Shown: piece after piece, positions 59,769 to 64,000 of the stretch | Numbering within the stretch: the stretch's first letter is position 1 | Layout of the letters: every line of letters begins with the position of its first letter | Translations under genes and position numbers: made by a program | NCBI GenBank assembly: GCA_963848295.1 | Contig: CAWKDB010000010.1 | Coordinates: 2,368,001-2,432,000 of the forward strand | From: an uncultured delta proteobacterium | Lineage (GTDB): Bacteria > Myxococcota_A > Polyangia > Haliangiales > Haliangiaceae | DNA length: 64,000 nt | Direction of reading: 5' to 3' | Notes under the pieces: generated by a model | Database searches by the model: none | Told to the model about the DNA's origin: nothing | The model's input: the letters and a program-made list of their open reading frames with translations, nothing else

Positions 59769-60577
59769 ACCAGCTCTCGACCATCGACGCAGTCTACGAG
59801 CAAGTGGAGCAGGCGAAGCGACAGGGGCCGCTCGTGACGAACTTTTATCCCGCGCGCGACAAGCTGCAGCGCTCGATCGACCGACGCGAGTTGTTCTCGG
59901 TGACCGCGGGCGACGTATTGTTCGTAATGCGCCGGGATCGTGACTTCTTTCACCTGGCTTACGTAGCAAGCAAAGGCGCGGATCTGAGTGCAGCAGTGCA
60001 CGAGCTGTTCGAGAGCTTTCGCGAGACCGTGACCGTCGATCTGATCGGCAAGCGCGAGCAGGTCGACGAGATCGCCGAGCTGTTCACGCAGACCGGATTT
60101 CGCGATCATTGCGTGTTGAATCGGATGACGAAGCTCGCGGAGCCATCCTCGCCCTCGCCGGCGCCTGACCCGGAGGTCGTCTACGCCAACGGCGATGACG
60201 GTGTGGCGCTCGCCCGCATGCTCGAGGGCGAGCTCGACCGTTTTACCGAGCAGATCCCCGACGCCGACGAGATGACGCGAGCTGCGACCGATCGCAAGAT
60301 CATGGTCATCCGGTCGGGCGCCACTATCGCTGGCTTGCTGTTTTTCGAGGCCACCGGGCAGTCTTCGCTGCTACGCCACTGGGTGGTCGACCCGGCCCAC
60401 CGCGATCAGCGCGTCGGTGCCCGGCTGATCCGGCGCTACTTCGCCGAGTGCACAGACGTGCGGCGGTTCCTGCTGTGGGTCATCTCCGACAACGACAACG
60501 CGATCGATCGATACGTGCACTACGGCTATCAGCGAGACGGGTTGATCGATCAGGTCTTGATAAGGCGGGCGTCATGA
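59765..60577 (+). CDS. GNAT family N-acyltransferase
   Basis: GTGA overlap with the upstream stop; VDPAHRDQRVGARL (motif A); NDNAIDRYVHYGY. Confidence 0.85.
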   Translation: MNQLSTIDAVYEQVEQAKRQGPLVTNFYPARDKLQRSIDRRELFSVTAGDVLFVMRRDRDFFHLAYVASKGADLSAAVHELFESFRETVTVDLIGKREQVDEIAELFTQTGFRDHCVLNRMTKLAEPSSPSPAPDPEVVYANGDDGVALARMLEGELDRFTEQIPDADEMTRAATDRKIMVIRSGATIAGLLFFEATGQSSLLRHWVVDPAHRDQRVGARLIRRYFAECTDVRRFLLWVISDNDNAIDRYVHYGYQRDGLIDQVLIRRAS

Positions 60578-60804
60578 GTTCTGTCATCGAGGTACTCAAA
60601 GGGATCCGTCCGGAGTTCGACTTCGCAACGTCGGAGGACTTCATCGCCGACGGCATGCTCGATTCGTTCGACGTGATCACGCTGATCAGCGAGCTCGACA
60701 AGCGCTACAGCATCTCGATCCTCGGCACCGACATCCTGCCGGAGAACATCAGGAGCGTCGCGGCGATCACGGCCCTCTTGAAGAAGTACGGGATCGAGCC
60801 GTGA
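60574..60804 (+). CDS. Acyl/aminoacyl carrier protein 1
   Basis: 76 aa, acidic, GMLDSFDVI phosphopantetheine site; ATGA coupling. Confidence 0.9.
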   Translation: MSSVIEVLKGIRPEFDFATSEDFIADGMLDSFDVITLISELDKRYSISILGTDILPENIRSVAAITALLKKYGIEP

Positions 60805-61865
60805 ACTTCAGCTTCGCAGGCAAGCGCATCGCCGGCGTCCTCACCGTGCTGCCGGCCAACGAGCGCAGCTTCATGGAGGACATGAAGGATTTCGATTTCC
60901 CGGAAGAGAAGTCGCTCAAGCTGAAGAAGGTGATGGGCTACGACAAGCACCGGATCGTGACCGACGGCACGTGCGTCTCGGACCTCGCGGTGCACGGCTT
61001 CCACCACTTGTTCAACAAGGGCGTGGTCAAGCCCGATGAAATCGATGCGCTCGTCGTCGTGACTCAGTCTCCCGACTACTACATGCCGGCGACCAGCAAC
61101 GTCATCCAGGGCAGGCTGAACCTCAAGCACGACATGCTCTGCCTCGACATCAGCCAGGGCTGTGCCGGCTTCGTCGTCGGCCTGATGCAGGCGTTCATGA
61201 TGTTGGAGCAAGCGTCGATCAACAAGGTCGCGCTCGTCAACGCCGACGTGCTGAGTCGCAAGGTCTCTCGCAAAGACAAGAACAGCTTTCCGCTGATCGG
61301 CGACGCGGCGTGCATCACGATTGTCGAGAAGACCGACGACCGGCGACCGATCCACGCAAATCTGAAGATGGACGGCACGCACCACGAAGTGCTGATCATC
61401 CCGGCCGGCGGGTTTCGGATGCCGTCGAGCCCCGAGACCGCGGTGGTCGAAGATGTCGGCGACAACAACTTCCGCGCCAAAGACAACCTGACGATGAACG
61501 GCACGGCGGTGTTCAACTTCGTCCAGGTCGAAGTCCCGCCGATGATCGAGTCGCTGTTGAAGCAAGCGGAGCTGACAGTCGCCCAGGTCGACTACTTCAT
61601 GTTCCACCAGCCGAACAAGTTCATGCTCGGCAAGCTCGCCGACCGGATCGGCGTCAGCCGTGACAAAGTGCCGAGCAACATCGTCGAGAACTTCGGTAAC
61701 GCGAGCGGTGCGACGATCCCCACGAACATCACGTTCAACCTGGCTCAGCCGCTGCTGAACGGCACGCTCGAGCTGTGCTTTGCCGGCTTCGGGGTCGGCC
61801 TGACCTGGGCATCGCTCGTGATGCCGGTCGGCCCGTTGGCATTTTGCGAGATGATCGACTACTGA
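60801..61865 (+). CDS. 3-oxoacyl-ACP synthase III (FabH-like)
   Basis: DISQGCAGF (Cys), FHQPN (His), GNASGATIP (Asn), GFGVGLTW. Confidence 0.92.
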   Translation: MNFSFAGKRIAGVLTVLPANERSFMEDMKDFDFPEEKSLKLKKVMGYDKHRIVTDGTCVSDLAVHGFHHLFNKGVVKPDEIDALVVVTQSPDYYMPATSNVIQGRLNLKHDMLCLDISQGCAGFVVGLMQAFMMLEQASINKVALVNADVLSRKVSRKDKNSFPLIGDAACITIVEKTDDRRPIHANLKMDGTHHEVLIIPAGGFRMPSSPETAVVEDVGDNNFRAKDNLTMNGTAVFNFVQVEVPPMIESLLKQAELTVAQVDYFMFHQPNKFMLGKLADRIGVSRDKVPSNIVENFGNASGATIPTNITFNLAQPLLNGTLELCFAGFGVGLTWASLVMPVGPLAFCEMIDY

Positions 61866-61872
61866 GGAGGCC

Positions 61873-62100
61873 ATGTTGTTGGATTGATTTTACGAACGGC
61901 TCGCTGCGGTGGTCGAAGAAGACACGGTCGGGCCCGACGACGTGCTCGCCGACTTCGAGCAATGGGACTCGCTGACCGCGTTGGGCGTCGTCTCGATGAT
62001 TGACGACAACTACCGAGTCAACGTCTCCGCGGAGGAGCTCGCCGGCGCTCGCACCGCCGGCGCCCTCGAGGCGCTAGTCGCGGCGAAGCAGAAGCAGTAG
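61873..62100 (+). CDS. Acyl carrier protein 2 (in-frame TGA at codon 5)
   Basis: GAGGAGG RBS, ATG 61873, MLLD*FYERLAAVVEED..QWDSLTALG. Confidence 0.8.
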
Positions 62101-62109
62101 AGACACGGC

Positions 62110-62832
62110 ATGCAAACGTATACGCTGCTCACCGGTGCCTCCTCGGGCATCGGCGCAGCCATCGCCAAGCGCTTGGGCGGCGAGTGCGCGCTCATCCTCG
62201 GCGGGCGTGACGCCGACAAGCTTCGCGCGCTTGCAGGCCATGACGATCGGCACCTGGTGTGGCCATACGATCTGCGCGATGTCGACGGGATCCACGCGTC
62301 GCTCATCGGCCTGCTCGAACCACATCAGGCGACGGTCGATCGCTTCGTCCACTGCGCTGGTGTCGTAAAGGTGATGCCGGCGCGCATGATGGAGCCCGCA
62401 GTCGTGCAGGAGACGATGAACGTGAACGTGCTTTCCGCGATCCAGATCTTGCGCACGTTGCTCAAGAAGGCGAACCACGGCGCCCTCACCAACGTGCTGT
62501 TCATCTCGAGTACGTACAGCATCCGGGGCGTCAAGGGCCAGGCGCTCTACTCCGCGAGCAAGGGCGCCCTCGACGCGATGATGCAGTCGCTCGCGGTCGA
62601 GCTCGCGCCGACCGTCCGCGTGAACTCGATCTTGCCGGGTGGAGTCAGGACGCCGATGTCCAAGCACGCGTTCGAGGACCCGCAGACCTTGGAGAAGATG
62701 AAGAAAGAATATCTGCTGCGGTTCGGCGAGGTCGACGATGTCGTGAACATGGTCGAGTTCATGCTCTCCGACAAAGCCAGCTGGATCACCGGACAGAAGA
62801 TGGTCGTTGACGGTGGGCAGACCGCACACTAG
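62110..62832 (+). CDS. SDR family oxidoreductase (FabG-like)
   Basis: TGASSGIG, HCAG, YSASKGA, RVNSILPG, WITGQKMVVDGG. Confidence 0.92.
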   Translation: MQTYTLLTGASSGIGAAIAKRLGGECALILGGRDADKLRALAGHDDRHLVWPYDLRDVDGIHASLIGLLEPHQATVDRFVHCAGVVKVMPARMMEPAVVQETMNVNVLSAIQILRTLLKKANHGALTNVLFISSTYSIRGVKGQALYSASKGALDAMMQSLAVELAPTVRVNSILPGGVRTPMSKHAFEDPQTLEKMKKEYLLRFGEVDDVVNMVEFMLSDKASWITGQKMVVDGGQTAH

Positions 62833-62846
62833 GACAGGGCATTGCG

Positions 62847-63682
62847 ATGAAGGACACCATCTTATTTAGGTCACGCAATGAAGTGACCACCTCGGATCTG
62901 CTGCGTTGTCTGGAGTCGGTGGGCGCCGGCGATTGTCGCCGTGCTCTACGTCCACTCCGAAATGTCGTTCGGGAAACCCAATCCCGAGCTTGGTAAGACG
63001 GGGCTGCTTCAAGCGGTGCTCGACACGCTGCTCGAGCTCGGCGTGCCCACGCTGTGCGTTCCGACCTTCACGTTCAGCTTCTGCAACGGCGTCGCCTACG
63101 ACGTGAACCAGTCGCGTTCGAAGATGGGTGTGCTCAACGAGTACATTCGCCGGCTTCCGAACGCGAAGCGTTCGATGAATCCGCTGATGTCGTCCGCCGC
63201 GATCGGGGCTGACCTCGGCGTCGTCACGGATCTAGGCATCACTCGATCGGTGCCGGCTGCACGTTCGACAAGCTCCATGCGGCGAAGAACGCGCGGTTCT
63301 TGTTCCTCGGCGTCGGCGCGGCGAAATGCTTCACCTATACGCACTACGTCGAAGAGCGGTTGCGCGTGCCGTACCGCTACAGCCGCGATTTCACCGGGAC
63401 GATCACCGACGGCGCTCGCCAGTACGAGGATACGTACAAGCTCTACGTTCGCTACAACGGCGTCCAGCCCGAATCGACGACGAAGTTCGAGGACTTCATG
63501 GTGCACGAGGGCCTGATGAAGAAGGTCGCGTGCGGCGACAACTTCATCTCGAGCGTCTCGGAGCCTCTCGCGTACGACACGATCGCTGGCAAGATCGGCG
63601 AAGACGCCAACTACTTCCTCGCGGTCCCGCTCCGGTCGAGCGCGACACCCGCTTCGAGGTTCACGACATGGTGGCGTTGTAG
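62847..63682 (+). CDS. AAC(3)/YokD family N-acyltransferase, about three frameshifts
   Basis: LYVHS, CVPTFTFSF, SKMGVLNEYIR, RSMNPLMS, FLFLGV, FTYTHYVEE..VPYRY across frames (junctions ~62935, ~63237, ~63628). Confidence 0.82.
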
Positions 63683-63692
63683 AGCCACGGCC

Positions 63693-64000
63693 ATGGAGAT
63701 CACGAAGCACGACATCGACAGCAAAGTGCTCGGTCGCCCGATCCTCGAGCTGCGCGGGCCGCTCGACGGCGATTTCGCGCACGTCGAGAGCGAGTACGTG
63801 CGAACGCACAAGCCGTTCTACGTCGTGTACAAAGCCCCGATCGAGGACATCGCCGCGATCCAGAAACTGGAGGATCATGGCTTTCGTTTCGTCGAGACGC
63901 AGCTGCGCCTGACGTTCCGGTTGCGCGGCCACTTCGATACGTCGAAGGCACCCTACGTGTTCGAGCGCGTGACCACCGAAGACCAGTTGCGCGACGTCCT
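63693..64000 (+). CDS. WecD-like GNAT acyltransferase, N-terminal part (truncated by the window)
   Basis: Manual translation MEITKHDIDSKVLGRPI..DIAAIQKLEDHGFRFVETQLRL; open to the window end. Confidence 0.6.
   Translation, partial: MEITKHDIDSKVLGRPILELRGPLDGDFAHVESEYVRTHKPFYVVYKAPIEDIAAIQKLEDHGFRFVETQLRLTFRLRGHFDTSKAPYVFERVTTEDQLRDV

Noticed and set aside
58233..60804. dlt operon for teichoic acid D-alanylation
   Set aside because: No DltB (MBOAT) or DltD recognised; neighbours are FabH, SDR and GNAT genes.
61885..61887. Selenocysteine at the in-frame TGA
   Set aside because: The position is not a Cys/redox site in ACPs, I saw no convincing SECIS, and it lies in an error-rich region.
62847..63682. 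Aminoglycoside resistance gene
   Set aside because: AAC(3) fold only; the biosynthetic operon context argues for a sugar/acyl tailoring role.

Overview
A very GC-rich bacterial chromosome segment. The gene inventory suggests Myxococcota (inference): FHA/sigma54 activator, Hanks-type kinase with TPR, PilZ protein, many Cys-anchored lipoproteins, Uma2 nuclease. Bases 1-45,900 mix housekeeping genes (polar amino-acid ABC transporter, SRAP/YedK, RlmI-like methyltransferase, maeB, M16 protease, tRNA-Arg(CCG), tatB/tatC, class A PBP, pspA, uppS, cdsA, NtrC-type regulator, gshB) with uncharacterised lipoproteins. Bases ~46,000-64,000 form a cell-surface glycan locus: PIG-L/ricin/FG-GAP lipoprotein, two large GT-C-like membrane proteins, two UPF0104 flippase-like proteins, a polyprenol-phosphate GT2, rfbA and wecE. 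These are followed by a coupled adenylation enzyme-GNAT-ACP-FabH-ACP-SDR-AAC(3)-WecD-like cassette that runs off the window. The most notable observations are: (1) a SecD-P1-head/SecY-like/DUF2007-like chimeric membrane protein; (2) the candidate acyl-aminosugar lipid-carrier glycosylation system; (3) a kinase with an HRDLRPRN catalytic loop; (4) an unannotated 56-aa internally repeated ORF coupled to a minimal nucleotidyltransferase; (5) a GTAG-initiated dispersed REP-like element in three copies; (6) a widespread TANNNT-N5-8-start signature of leaderless mRNAs. Several frameshifts, concentrated after 56 kb, look like sequencing/assembly errors. All family assignments come from motifs recognised by eye; no database search was run.
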